Under the pieces are notes generated by a model, which saw only the letters and a list, made by a program, of their open reading frames with translations, did not search any database and was not told where the DNA came from. 64,000 bases of DNA from Mobula hypostoma (taxonomy: Eukaryota): contig NC_086097.1 of assembly GCF_963921235.1 (NCBI RefSeq), forward strand, positions 237,648,001 to 237,712,000, given 5' to 3'. This document shows positions 51,384 to 63,715 of this stretch, one piece after another. Position numbers and translations under genes: made by a program. The stretch's first letter is position 1; every line of letters starts with the position of its first letter.

Positions 51384-51610
51384 TGGGCACATGGTCAAGT
51401 GGTTAAGGTGTTCATCTAGTGAGCTGAAGGTCGCTAGTTCGAGTCTCAGCTGTGGCAGCGTGTTTGTGTCCTTGAGCAAGGCACTTAACCACACATTGCT
51501 CTAGTGTCTGTGTGAGGAGTGGGCACCCCACACAGACTTCCAATCTGCACCTTGTAAGGCATGAAAATGCCCGACGCAGGCCTCTCATGGTCTGAGTCGA
51601 CGTTCCCCCC
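51384..51610 (+). mobile_element. tRNA-derived SINE with CORE-like segment
   Basis: A box TGGTCAAGTGG, B box GTTCGAGTC, then gtgtccttgagcaaggcacttaacc. Confidence 0.75.
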
Positions 51611-51659
51611 AACCCCCCCATCTGAAAAAAAGCTACACAAAACCTGCCAGATAAATATA

Positions 51660-52312
51660 TCAAGTCTGCGATACTGGAAATCCAAAGCAACGCACACAAA
51701 ACATTGGAGGAATTCAGCAGGTCAGGCAGCATCTAAGGAAATGAACAGATTGTCGATGTACTGGGCTGAGACCCATCTTTAGGACTGAAAAGAAAGGGGG
51801 AAGTTAGCAGAACAAAAAGGTGTGGGGGAGGGGAAGGAACAAGGGCTAGAAGGTGATAGGTGAACCCAAGGGGGTGGGAAAGATAAAGAGCTTGAGAAGA
51901 AGGAATCTGATAGGAGGAGGGTGGACCATAGGAGAAAGGGAAAAAATTGGACCCGGGGAAGGAGAAAGGGACCTGGGGGTGGGGGGGAAGGGGCGGTGAG
52001 GAGAGGGAAGTGATAGATAGGTAGAAGACATAAAAGGCCAGAATGAGAAATAGAAGAAGAAGTGAGGAAGAGGGAAATTTTTTTTTTCCAGAAGGAGAAA
52101 TCGATATACATGCCATCACGTTGGATGTTACCCAGACGGAATATAAGGTGTTGCTCCTCTACCCTGAGGGTGGCCTTATTTTGGCACAAGAGGAGGCCAT
52201 TGATTGACATGTTGGAACAAGAATGGGAATCAAAAATAAAACGTTTCGCCTCCGGGTGGTTCTGCTTTAGGCAGATGGACGGAAGTGTTTGACGAAGCAT
52301 TCCCTCAATTTA
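51660..52312 (-). mobile_element. PLE GIY-YIG C-terminus plus pseudo-LTR (older subfamily)
   Basis: Peptide SINGLLLCQNKATLRVEEQHLIFRLGNIQRDGMYIDFS. Confidence 0.85.
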
Positions 52313-52444
52313 CAGATAAAAGTACTATAGCATCAAAAGACCTAGTGAGATTAAGGAAATAAATTAATTAAGTTTTAGTCAAACAGTGGTATTGCACAAG
52401 TTAGAGAGTTTGAAAACTGATAAACTGTATGGATACAAAAAATT

Positions 52445-53008
52445 AAACTTAATGGCCACGTAATTGGGTACACTTGTACACCTGCTCATTTATGCAAATA
52501 TTTAGTAAATCGTGTGACAGCAACTCAATGCATAAAAGCATGCAGAGTTGGTCAAGAGATGCAGTTGTTGTTCAGACCAAACATTGGGATGGTGAGGAAA
52601 TATGATCTAAGTGACTTTTGACAGTTGAATGATTGTTGGTACCAGATGGTGCGGTTTGAGAATATCAGAAACTGCTGATCTTCTGGGATTTTCACACACA
52701 ACAGTCATTAGGGTTTATAGAGAATAGTGCATAAAACAAGTAAAAACATCCAGTGAGCAGTAGCTCTGTGGATAAAAATGCCCTGTGGGAGGTCAGATGA
52801 GAATGGCTGGACTGTTTCAAGCTGACAGGAAGGCGACAATAACTCAGATAAACACACATTACAACCGTGGTGTGCAGAAGAGCATCTCTGAATGCACAAC
52901 ATGTCAAACGTTGAAGTGGATGGGCTACAGCAGCAGAAGACCACAAACATACCCTCAGTGGCTACTTTATTAGATAGGGGAGGTAGCTAATAAAGTGGCC
53001 ACTAAGGG
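52445..53008 (+). mobile_element. Non-autonomous Tc1 derivative with N-terminal transposase remnant
   Basis: Peptide ADRKATITQINTHYNRGVQKSISECTTCQTLKWMGYSSRRP; terminal hairpin at 52952-53008 between TA dinucleotides. Confidence 0.8.
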
Positions 53009-53656
53009 TACATCCCAGAGATTTATCGAAGCAGGGCCTCTCTGGAGTATGGAAGCACTGATTATTGTAATCTAACTTTATTCAAGTTCTCACATAAATT
53101 TTTAAAACTCTTTTTTCCAAGACAGGAAAGTTGGTTACAGAAATATAAGCACCTTCAGGAGCTCTGAAATAAGAGCAGAAGCTAGTTAATTTAAAAGATG
53201 AGTCTTCAAAAAAAGCTATTTACTTGTAACCTTCCTGCAGTAAACAAGCAGATACCTTGTCTTTCAGAACACAGCTGCTGGTTCACAGTGGGAGACCACT
53301 AAGGAGATTTGGCAAATTTCTTCTACCGGCGTTTGTAAAAAATGCAACTTTTCAAACAATGTAACATCCATTGATACTTTGTTGTTCCTTTCTGCACCCA
53401 TGTGGCGCATCAGGTGGCTACCTTGCTGTTTCTTTAGCATTTTTGTCTGTTTTTTATGAGGTCAAGTTTGCACTCAACCCAGCACGGAATTGATACTTTT
53501 AAGGCCATGCAAACTAGTCTTTGGATGTGAGACATTGATTCTCTAATGAGATTTATCATCACAGACACATGTCATGAAATGTGTTGCTTTTCCATCAGTG
53601 GTAAAAATATATAAGTTAGAGAAAAAAATGTAATGCAAAGCAAAAAGGAATAACAA

Positions 53657-53985
53657 GTCATAGAAAAGTTCAGCACAGAAACTGGCCCTTTGGCATATTT
53701 AGTCCATGCTGAACCATTCAAACTGCATACTCCCATCAACCTGCTCCTGGACCATAGTCACCCATACCCCTACCATCCCTGTACCTATCCAAACGATTCT
53801 TAAAAATTGAAATCAAGCTCGCACGCAACACTTGCGCTGGCAGCTCATTCCACACTCTCATGGCTCTCTGAACGAAAGTTTCTCCTCATGTTTCCCTTAA
53901 ACAGTTGACCTTGTACCCTTAACCCATGACCTCCAGTTGTAGTTCCCCCACCCCCCCAATTTCAATGGAGAAAGCCTGTTTGTGT
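53657..53985 (-). mobile_element. CR1 3' fragment
   Basis: Homologous to 11582-11915. Confidence 0.8.
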
Positions 53986-54454
53986 TCATGGGTTCATGGA
54001 CCATTCTGATGGTGGATGGCAAAATCTGCACCAGTGTAATTACACAGGAGAAGGCAGTAAATACACGTTTGACAGTAATCAACTCTTAGTGAAATTGTTT
54101 GTTTCTGACTTAGAGAAACTTCTGTTTATGGACAGTTTTCAGGAGAGGAGCCCTTTTATAACCCAGAGCCTGGCTGTATTGTATATTCTGGTAATCAAGT
54201 CCAAAAGTTCTATTTTCTGGAAATATTCCTGAGTATTGGAGGGTAACAAATGTAATCCCATTATGGGCCATACACCAGTAATCAACAGATTCTATTTGCC
54301 TCCAAGCTGATTTTATCCATACGTTGGAAAATACACACAAAAACCATTTCATATGTTAACCATTTATCCACAGCATTATAATGAATGGCACTCAATGCAC
54401 GCTAATCTGAGAAAAATAATGACAAAGAGTGAAGAGAGAGAAGAAAGTGGATAG

Positions 54455-55540
54455 GCTGTTGTACAGTTAGTGCAATGCTGTACAGCACCAGCTGGAAGAT
54501 CAAGGTTCAATTCCCACCGCAGTCTCAAAGAAGCACGTACGTTCTCCCTGTGACCACATAGGTCTCCTCCAGTTCCCTTCCACGTCCCAAAAACGTTCTG
54601 TTAGGTTAGTGACTTGCAGGCATGCTACGTCTAGCACAATCCTTGCTGATTTGATTTGATACAAATGATGCACATCTCTATGTTTTGATGTTCACAGTTC
54701 AAAGTAAGCTTATTGTCGAAGTATATATATGTTGCCACGTACAACCTAGAATATCATTATCTTACGGTCATACACAATAAATACATAGAATAATAACCAT
54801 AACAGAATCCAAGGGAGCTTGCAGCAGCTTGTGTGTTCAACCAGTGTGTAAAAGATGACAGACTGGGTAAATACAGGAAGAAAAAATAATAAGGAATAAA
54901 TATTGAGAACATGGGATGACGAGGTCTTGAAAGTGAGTCCACAGGTTGTGGGAACATTTCAATGTGAGCAAGTAAAGTTGAGTAAAAATTATCAGGCGCC
55001 TGATGGTTGAAGGGTGTATTTTAATTTAACAGCATTATGTGAACTCAGTCCTACGAAGGGTTGTCCACAGGTTGGGCATTCATAACCCAGGGACAGCCTG
55101 TTTATAAGAAAGGAGGGAGGGAGTAACAGGCATTACTGACTTGTCAGCCTAATGGCATTAGGAAATACTGGATTTTATAATGAACTATGTCCTTAGGACT
55201 CGCAACACTGGGTTCAAGAACAGTTACTACCCCTCAACAATCAGGCTCTTGAACAAAAGGGGATAACTACACTTACATGCCCCTTCATTGAAATGTACCA
55301 ACTACCAACAATCTTTAAGGAATCTTTATCTTATTATCTCATGTTCTCGTTATTTATCTCTATTTATTTATAGTTGTATTTGCACAGTTGGGTGTCTTCT
55401 GAACTCTACTTGATATTTGATTGATCCTGTTATAGTTACTATTCTACAGATTTGCTGAGTATGCCCACAGGAAAATGAATCTCAGGGTTGCATATGGTGA
55501 CATATATGTATTTTGACAATAAAATTTACTTTGAACTTTA
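54455..55540. mobile_element. V-SINE variant (54455-54695, +) and Rex1-type tails (54695-55015, -; 55200-55540, +)
   Basis: B box ggttcaattcc plus decayed V-domain; tail aataaaatttactttgaactt. Confidence 0.65.
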
Positions 55541-55744
55541 ATGACAAAAACATCTCTGATTAAAATAATTGGATTGAGTATATCCATATGGATTTAGAAT
55601 ATCCATATGGATTTAGAAAAATTTAACAATGTTTGACTAATCTGTCAGAATTTATTAATGAAGCAACAAGCAAAAGAGATAAGGGGGACATCCAAAGACA
55701 AAACTTGGCAAGATAGAGACAGAGCAGATCTACGGAAAAGATGT

Positions 55745-56310
55745 AAACAAGGTTGAATGAGTTTAGAGAAAATTTACAAGGATGTTGCTGAGACTTGAGG
55801 ACCTGAGTTACAAGGAAAGGTTGAATAAGTTTGGACTTGCAATGTAGAAGATTGAAGAGAGATTTGATAGAGGTACACAAAATTATAAGGGGTATAGATA
55901 GGGTAAATGCAAGCAGGCTTTTTCCCGAGGTTGGGTGGGACAACTGCTGGAGGTCATGCGTTAAGCACGAAAGGTGAAAAGCTTAAGGGAAATATGAGGG
56001 GAAACTTCTTCACTCAGATGGTCATGAGAGTGTGCATGTGAGCTTGATTTCAACATTTAAGAGAAGTGCATGGATGGTAAGGGTATGGAGGGCTATTGTC
56101 CAGGTTCTATGGATTCATCGGTAGGAGTATGAAGTTTAGGGTGAATAGATAGGTATGTAGATGGTAGGGGTATGGAGGGCTATTGTCCAGGTTCTATGGA
56201 TTCATCGGTAGGAGTATGAAGTTTAGGGTGAATAGATAGGTACGTAGATGGTAGGGGTATGGAGGACAGGTCAATGGAAGTAGACAGTTCAAATGGTTCG
56301 GCACAGACTC
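55745..56310 (+). mobile_element. CR1 3' fragment with internal tandem duplication
   Basis: Peptide-like RGDLIEVHKIIRGID; gggaaacttcttcactcag. Confidence 0.8.
56072..56265. repeat. 87-bp tandem duplication, ~2.2 copies
   Basis: gggtatggag recurs at 56081, 56168 and 56255. Confidence 0.9.
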
Positions 56311-56872
56311 AATAAGATGTTTCCCCTGACTGAGGAATCCTGGTTAATTGGGTACAGTTTCAGATTAAAGCACAGTACTGAGAATCCTTCACTCAGATTT
56401 TGACAAGACTTCAGAAATCTCTACCGTGGAAAACTGTGCTCAGTTACTGTGCTCATTCTGAATGTGAAAGAATCAAAGGATATGAGGATTAGTGCTTTAA
56501 AATTGTGCTCCATCATGTGATCAGGATGAATGGTGGTAGGGCTTAAAGACTCATGCTTCTCTTTCTTATATTATTTTCTTCAGATCAGCAAAGTACAAAA
56601 ATGAATGGAAATCCAAGGGTGTGACAACTCACTGCAAGATAAAGGGCAAATCGGCTCAGCAGCTGAAGCTATTAGCTTTTTGATGGCTGACAGAGTGCGG
56701 ATACGACTTCATGAATAGGACCCAGCATGCCTGCCTGTTGAGCTGTTATATCTATGGCACTAGCACATTCAAGGTTACAGCAGCTATGATTAGAGCAGGG
56801 ATTACCAACCTGTTTTGTGCCATGGACCCCTACCATTAAGTGAGGGGTCCGTGAACCCCAGGTTCATGGGGC

Positions 56873-57785
56873 CTACCGAATATCAAACAGCCTAGATAGA
56901 GTGGACATGCAGAGGATGTTCCCAGAAGTGAGGTAGTGTAGGATCAAAGGGCAAAGCCTGAGAATAGGATGCCCATTACAACAGAGGTGAGGAGGAATTT
57001 CTTTAACCGGAGTGTGGTGAATCTGTGGAATCCTATGGATGGTTATGGCGGTCAAGGCATTGAATATACTGAAAGCAGAGGATGATAGCTACTTAATTAG
57101 CCAGAGTATCAAAGGATGGGGAAAAGATAGGAGGGAAAAGGTTGAGGGAAAATAAATCAGCCATGATCGAATGGTGGAGAAGACTCGAGGGACTGAATGG
57201 CCTAATTATGTTCCTATGTCCTATTATCTTACATAGAAGATCCATGCCTATTCTCCCTATTTCCCTGTAGGCCTGCGAGTTGTTTTCTCTCCCTCTCTCT
57301 CTCTCCCTCCCCCCACCCCCCGCTCCCATTCTTGGTACACTAATGTTAATTTATGATTGTCAGTGGAAGGAAGCTGGAGAATCTGTCGAACCTCATGTTG
57401 TCTCACAGTGCAAACATTCGCACAGACAGCAAAATTGGTCAATGACACATCGCCCTGCAACACAGAGATGGCTGGGGAAAATTTCATAGAGTCATAGAAA
57501 AATACAGCATAGAAACAAGCCCTTGGGCTCAACTAGTCTGAGAAATGTTTAAGGGGAACATGAGGGAAAGCTTCTTTACTCAGAGGGTTTGAGAGTGTGG
57601 AATGAGCTGCGTCTGCAAGTAGTGCTTATGAGCTCAACTTCAATGTTTAAGAGAAGTTTGAGCAGGTAGATGGATGGTAGGGGTATGAAGGAGAATGATC
57701 GCGATGGGAGTAGGCCGTTTAAATGGTTCAGCACAAACCAGATGGACCAAAGGGCCTGTTTCTGTGCGGTACCTTTCTACGACAC
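56873..57785 (+). mobile_element. Two CR1 3' fragments (56873-57230; 57538-57785)
   Basis: gaggaggaatttctttaaccggagtgtggtgaatctgtgg; gagagtgtggaatgagctgc. Confidence 0.75.
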
Positions 57786-58479
57786 AGCAAATGATAAGAA
57801 ATTCTGAAAGCTGCCCACAGGTAATGAAACAGTCAAAGTCAGAGTCAGAGAAAAATCACAAAAGATAAATTAAGCTGTGGGAATGACTAATTTAAATCAT
57901 GTTTCAATTTACTGATGGAATGCACTTGAATATTTAATCAATATTAACCAAAATTTACGCAATCATGTTCAAATCAACATCAGAAATAACTTTTCAGAGG
58001 CCATTCATAAAATTTTTGCGGTGCCCATTCCTAAATTACATCCTAGGTAGTATAAAAATATATATTTCACTTTCATATCTCTAAAACTTTTAACAGTAAT
58101 TACTAAAAAGATATGTAGATATACTTCTTTGGAGAAAGGCAAACTGGACACCAAATCAATGTTCTAGAACACTCTTACCCTATTCTACATTCCTGTTCAT
58201 AATGTAAGACATTGCGATAATGTTGATGCATTAAACAGTGCACGATGAATTTAAGCTGGCCAGCAACCACACATGTTGCCCACTCAGAGAAACCAGTAGA
58301 GATACATGAAGACAATCAGAGGTTTCAATTCAAATATTTGAGAATTTCAGTCATGCTTCAGTGCCACTTGGTCAACTGTCACAGTGGTGGTAAATTGTAT
58401 GTAGAGTGTATTTTATTTTAATGCATGACCAAAAAAGTTTTCAGTTTTATGGATTCAGTTGGGAGATTTACACATGATT

Positions 58480-58931
58480 GCCTCGTTATTAGGTATACCT
58501 ACACACCTGCTCATTAATGCACATATCTAGTCATACGACCATAAGAAAAACATAGGAGCAGAATTAGGCCATTCAGCCCATCGTGCCTGCTCCACTATTT
58601 GTTCATGGCTGATCCATTCAACCAGACATGTGGCAGCAACTCAACGCATAAAAACATGCAAACACTGTCAAAAGGTTCGGTTGTTGTTCAGACCAGATAT
58701 CAGAATGGGGGGAGAAATGTGACCCAAGTCACCATGGAATGATTGTTGGTGCCAGGCGGGGTAGTTTGAGTATCTCAGAAACTGCTGATCTTCTGGGGTT
58801 TTCACACACAACAGTCTCTAGTATTGACTGAGAATTGTGCGGAAAAAAAAAACATCCACTTGAAATTGATGGGCTACAGGAGAAAACTATACCAGGTTAC
58901 CTCCCGTACTTAATAAAGTGGACACTGACTG
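58480..58931 (+). mobile_element. Tc1 derivative (same family as 52445), single-TIR end, with a CR1 tail inserted at ~58535-58620
   Basis: ttattaggtatacctacacacctgctcattaatgc...taataaagtggacactgactg. Confidence 0.7.
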
Positions 58932-59094
58932 TATATCACCGCAACTGGTTCCTGAATAATTGTCAATGATAATATAGTTGTTAAAGACCATGAATATCAT
59001 TCCTCAGATAACATCACCTATTTCCAATCTGACGCACTGTTGCATTTTGTTATGTTTAAAGCTTTTTTTACTGGTTCCAAGGTTGCCAAGCCAA

Positions 59095-59668
59095 GGAGTT
59101 GTAGCGGGGAGAAGCTCCCACTACCTAAAAGTGCTCCTCACAGCATGCACCTCAAATAGCCTCTGACAACCAGGTCCAACTCCTGGCCTTCTTATGTGGC
59201 TTAGCCTCTAAGCCCGGTGGAACTGTTTCTACTGACAGGAGAAGGGGCGAATGTGGGTCCTGGTGCCTTAAAACCAGTGCTTCAGGTAGATGGAGCTCGT
59301 CAGCCTGGGAAGGCAGTCCATCTGAGAGAGGGAAAACTCTGATTTCAAACCTCTACTGCCTTGCGGCCGTACCCACTCATGAGAAAGGCTTCGGGAGTAA
59401 ATCCTGAGGATAAATCTGGAGCTGGAGTCCTTAAGGCAGTCCGACGTTGCCTTCAACCTCGTTCTGGCGACTCTTGCGATGACACTGGTGCCAAGGCCCT
59501 TGCCCTTCCCTTGGACAACATCGGTGGCATGGAGAGGGGCGACTTGCTGCATGGGAAACTGCTGGTCTTCCATACAACCTTGCCCAGGCCTGCGCCCTGG
59601 AGAGGACACTCCATTCCAGGCACAGATCCATGGTCTCGCGAGACTAACAGATGCCACTACCACCTCCA
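59095..59668 (+). mobile_element. RTE-derived non-autonomous element
   Basis: Motif gcagtccatctgagagagggaaaactctgatttcaaacc; ends catggtctcgcgagactaacagatgccactaccacc. Confidence 0.6.
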
Positions 59669-60155
59669 CTGGTTATGTGACATTTACTGACTGTGCAACA
59701 ATATTCTGTTTGTCCTCAGTACTATTCATGTGAAGTCTTTAATTTAAAAGTGCAGTCTTTTGAAAACCAAACATGCCCAACCATTTCCTAAACTTAAAAA
59801 GTGTGGACAATTGTAAGGTTTCTGGCTCTGATGATCATTATGTAACCAGCAGTTTGCAAGCATATATTTTCTGTATGATTTTTCCAGTGACGTTCTCAAT
59901 GCAGCATGCCTTAGAGTTAGTGACAATATAAATCCCAGGAATTAGACAAAACTTGTACAATAAATATGCACAATAATGATGATGTGTAAATCAAGTGGAC
60001 AGTCAGAGACTTTTTCCCAGGGTAGTAATGGTTAATAAAGGATCATTTTAAGGTGATTGGAGGAAATTATCAGAGGGATGTCAAGGATACAGTAAATATT
60101 TCTTTTTACACAGAGAGTGGTGGGTGCATTGCCAGGGGTGTTGCTAGAGCAGATA

Positions 60156-60566
60156 CAGTACTGTGTAAAAGTCTAGATTTCATATATCTGGTTTCAGATG
60201 GTATAACTTTCACAGAGTCCAAATCTCAACATCACTGACGCTGTCTGGGATTACCCAGAGAGACAGAAGCAAGAGAGACAGCCAAAGTCTAAAGAAGAAC
60301 TGTAGCAAGTTTTCCAAGATGCTTGGAACAACCTACCATCCACTTTCCTTCTACAACTGCATTACTCTGTTCCGAGGAATATTGATGCAGCTTTAAAGGC
60401 AAAGGACAGTCATGCCAAACATTGATTTGATTTTGTTTCTTTTTACAGTTTACTGCTCTTTTAATAAATTTTGTTAAATTTAGAATCTTTTAATTTCATT
60501 ATTTTGAAAGCATTCTTGCCTTACAGGAGTTTTTTTACACGTGCCTAACGCTTTTGTACAATACTG
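60156..60566 (+). mobile_element. Tc1 deletion derivative with C-terminal transposase remnant, inserted in a CR1
   Basis: TIR cagtactgtgtaaaagtc / cttttgtacaatactg with TA flanks; peptide QSPNLNITDAVWDY...EEL*QVFQDAW...KAKDSHAKH* is similar to the SPDLNxIE and KGGxTKY motifs of Tc1. Confidence 0.85.
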
Positions 60567-60743
60567 TACATTAGGGAAACTTAGAAACTCTTAGATTGGC
60601 ACATGAATGACAGAAAAATAGAGGGATATGTAGGAGGGAATGGTTAAATTCATCTTAGAATAGGTTAAAAGGTCGGCATTGCTTCTGAAGTGCCTACACT
60701 TTACTGTTATGCTCTATGTTATAGGCTAATATTTTAATTTTGA

Positions 60744-60891
60744 AAACGCAAACACGAGGAATTCTGCAGATGCTGGAATTTCAAGCAACGGTCCTGACGA
60801 AGGGTCTAGGCCCGAAACGTCAACTGTACCTCTTCCTAGAGACGCTGCCTGGCCTGCTGCGTTCACCAGCAATTTTTATGTTTGTTGCTTG
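60744..60891 (+). mobile_element. 148-bp PLE-derived insert: short inverted end plus arm beginning at the hammerhead
   Basis: 13-bp TSD attttaattttga at 60731-60743 and 60892-60904; gtc-CTGACGA-A-GGGT-ctag-GCCC-GAAAC-GTC. Confidence 0.85.
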
Positions 60892-61459
60892 ATTTTAATT
60901 TTGATTTGTTTTTGGAGCACAAGAGCAGAGAAAGGAGGATGCCTGAAAAGGTTTGCATCGAATTTAAGTGCGGCATGTGAATGATTGGCAGGACTTTACT
61001 TTGGCAGAATATCAAATATATCTGGATGGGAAATTATAAAGGAGAAAACTGTCAGTAATGGGTTTACTCAGCAAATTGCAATGGTGTAGTATGCCTTCAC
61101 ATCCCTTCATTGGTACTTGGTTATCTTGGCACAGGTTGCACAAAACCCTCTCTTGCCAATACACTATAAATGGAAGGATATAAACAGTCAACATTTCAGG
61201 CATGTTTTCCATCATCTGTAAACTCTCTCGTGACACTGTAAATGCATCTTGCATCTGGTATCTACCTCCAGCGGCATTTATAAGTCTATTTAAACTGTGG
61301 CAGTATTTCAAAGAGCTTTTGATTAAAATTATATTTTTAGCATCTAAATGTAGTTGAATAAGACATAGGAGTAGAATTAGGTCACTCAGTCCATCCAGTC
61401 TGCTCATTTAAGAATGCTAATTCAAAGGCACTACCGCTACGATTAGAGGAATTCATGGG

Positions 61460-61755
61460 ACCGACGGAAAACTGAAAGGTCGACATAGAGTGGTCATGGA
61501 GAGGATGTTTCCAATAATGGGGGAGTCTAGAACCACGGTACACAGCCTTAGAATACATGGACATCCCTTTTGGAGGAATTTCTTTAGCCAGCGGGTGGTG
61601 AATCTGTGAAATTCAAGGTCACTGACATCTCCGGAGGCCAAGTCATTGGGCAGGAGAATGGGGATTGAGAAGGATAATAAATCAGCCAAGACGGAACGGC
61701 AGAGCAGACTCAATTGGCTAAATTACTTAAAATGTCTAATGGCCATGTGGTCTTG
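61460..61755 (+). mobile_element. CR1 3' fragment
   Basis: ggaggaatttctttagccagcgggtggtgaatctgtg. Confidence 0.75.
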
Positions 61756-62143
61756 TTAAAATGGACCTGCATAGCAACGAGAAATGATATTAAAATATAG
61801 AGATTAAACAGAAAATGAGAAAAAAACTTTGAAATTAAAAAAAATGATCTAGCTGTTTTCTGATTATGTCCTTAGATTTGTCTGACTGCACATTAAACTT
61901 TCTTGTCCCATATTACAGTAAATACTGTATACAGTATCTTGTAGTCAAAATGACAGTGTTCACAAATAAGTGCAAAGAAAGACCTAGTAGTCTCTGTGGA
62001 GATGACATCTCCTTTCATCATTAATCAATGTCAAATATCAGTTCCATACAGGGGTTCTCAACCTTTTTCTTGCCATGGGCCTATACCATAAAGAGAGAGG
62101 TCCATGGACACCATGTTGAGAAACCCCTGATTCCAAGACAGCC

Positions 62144-63715
62144 TGTTACAAAACGCTCCAAACCAGGCCTGCATCCAGGATTTAGATGCTCTAACTCTCC
62201 AGAGGATTGCTGGCATGACCCTTTTAAGGGTTCAAGATGGTCCCGCTAATTGGCAATCATGTTTTTGATGCCAAGAATTGGGTATTTAAAGAGCACCTGA
62301 ACTGAGGTTCAGTGCTCAGTCCAAAGCTGTACAAGCGTTATTGTCCAGCATTTGTTTTGTGCCCATTTCTCCTGCTTGATACCGTGTCTCAATCCTAGCT
62401 TCGGATAGTCCAGCTTTTGGATCCAAACCATCCTCGTCAAGGAATCTCGTCACAGTGTGATTGAGTCAACATAGATCCAGCAGGGTATCAGAGTCTCTCA
62501 CTGCTGTAGCCAGCCACAGCAACAGGATTTCCAAATGGAACCTGGAGACACACGACCTCCAGGCCACCGTGTACTAGTTATCGCAAGGGGAAGCCAGAGC
62601 TGTCAGGAGAGGTTGTCGGTCACTCTGTAGAGCCAGCACATCTTTCAACCCTGGGAGATTCGACAGCGCCATGGGTTTTTGCCACGGCTTCCTTACTCAA
62701 TGCTCATTGATGTTTGTTCTCCAGCCATCCCGGTTCCCTCTGAAGCACGGAAAAGTGTCCTTCATTATCTCTCTCCTGAGAGGAAGAAAACCCTGGCGTG
62801 GGCTGTCGCGCATTGGGAATGTAGGTCAGAGATTTGCTCGGAATCGGAGGAATTTATGGCAGCCATGAGGAATCCAGTTGAACCTCGGTCTGCCTGATGA
62901 AGATTCAAGGGAGGGGATGGTCAGCAGCAGATTACGCGATCGATTTCAGATCTTGAGACCAAAATGAATAGAAGGAGAAGACGGGGATCTGATTTGCAAC
63001 TTGGGCAACAGGTCTGGCTGTCCACTCATGATTTGTCTCTCCAGGTGGAGAATAGAACTTTGGTGCCCAAGTTTCATTGGACCCTTCAAGGTCCTGAGGA
63101 ATGTAAATCCAGGGGCTTACAATTGCAGCTCCCCAAGATCCTAAATATCAATCCCACATCTCGAAATGAAAACTTGTCTGCACCAGCCCTTTATCCCCAC
63201 CACCATCAGCCCTGCCGCCACCCAGGTTTATCGATGGGGAACAGGTCTTCACGGTGGGAAGACATTTCAACTCATGTTTTGTTGGTGCTTTTTGGCAATA
63301 CCTCGTGGACTGGGAAGGATTTGGTCCTGAGGAGAGGAGCTAGGTGCCTGAAAGAGACATCTTGCCTACCATCACTGCCTCTCCGAGCAACCAGGGCCAT
63401 CAGGAGTTGGCGGTAGGAGATGGGGTCCCAGGATTTTGATGCTCTAACTCTCCTGAATATGGATCGCTGGTGTAGCCCCTTTTGGGGTTCAGGATGGTCT
63501 TGCTAATTGGCAATCCTGTTTTGGGCGCCAGTAATTGGGTATTTAAAGAGCACCCGAACTGAAGTTTGGTGCTCAGTCCTTAGCCCTACTAGTGTTTTTG
63601 TCTAGCATTTGTTTTGTGCTCAGTTCTTTGTCCAGTTTGATACTGTGTCTCAATCTTTGCTTTTGAAACCCCAGCATTTGGATCCAAACCATTCTAGTCA
63701 AGGACTCTCATCACA
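62144..63715 (+). mobile_element. Degenerate, internally deleted chromoviral Gypsy (Sushi-like) LTR retrotransposon
   Basis: Diverged direct repeats at 62144-62454 and ~63428-63715; gag remnant RFDSAMGFCHGFLTQCSLMFVLQPSRF...KVSFIISLLRG; integrase end GQQVWLSTHDL...PKF; chromodomain-like [15 protein letters not shown]; purine-rich tract before the 3' LTR. Confidence 0.85.

Noticed and set aside
51384..51460. tRNA gene
   Set aside because: A and B boxes are present, but the sequence runs into a SINE core and tail with no convincing acceptor stem or terminator.
55580..55617. 19-bp direct duplication containing a palindrome
   Set aside because: A simple local duplication with no further structure.
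62671..62897. Domesticated PEG10/RTL-like gag gene
   Set aside because: Frameshifted, with a mutated start codon, and still flanked by LTRs.
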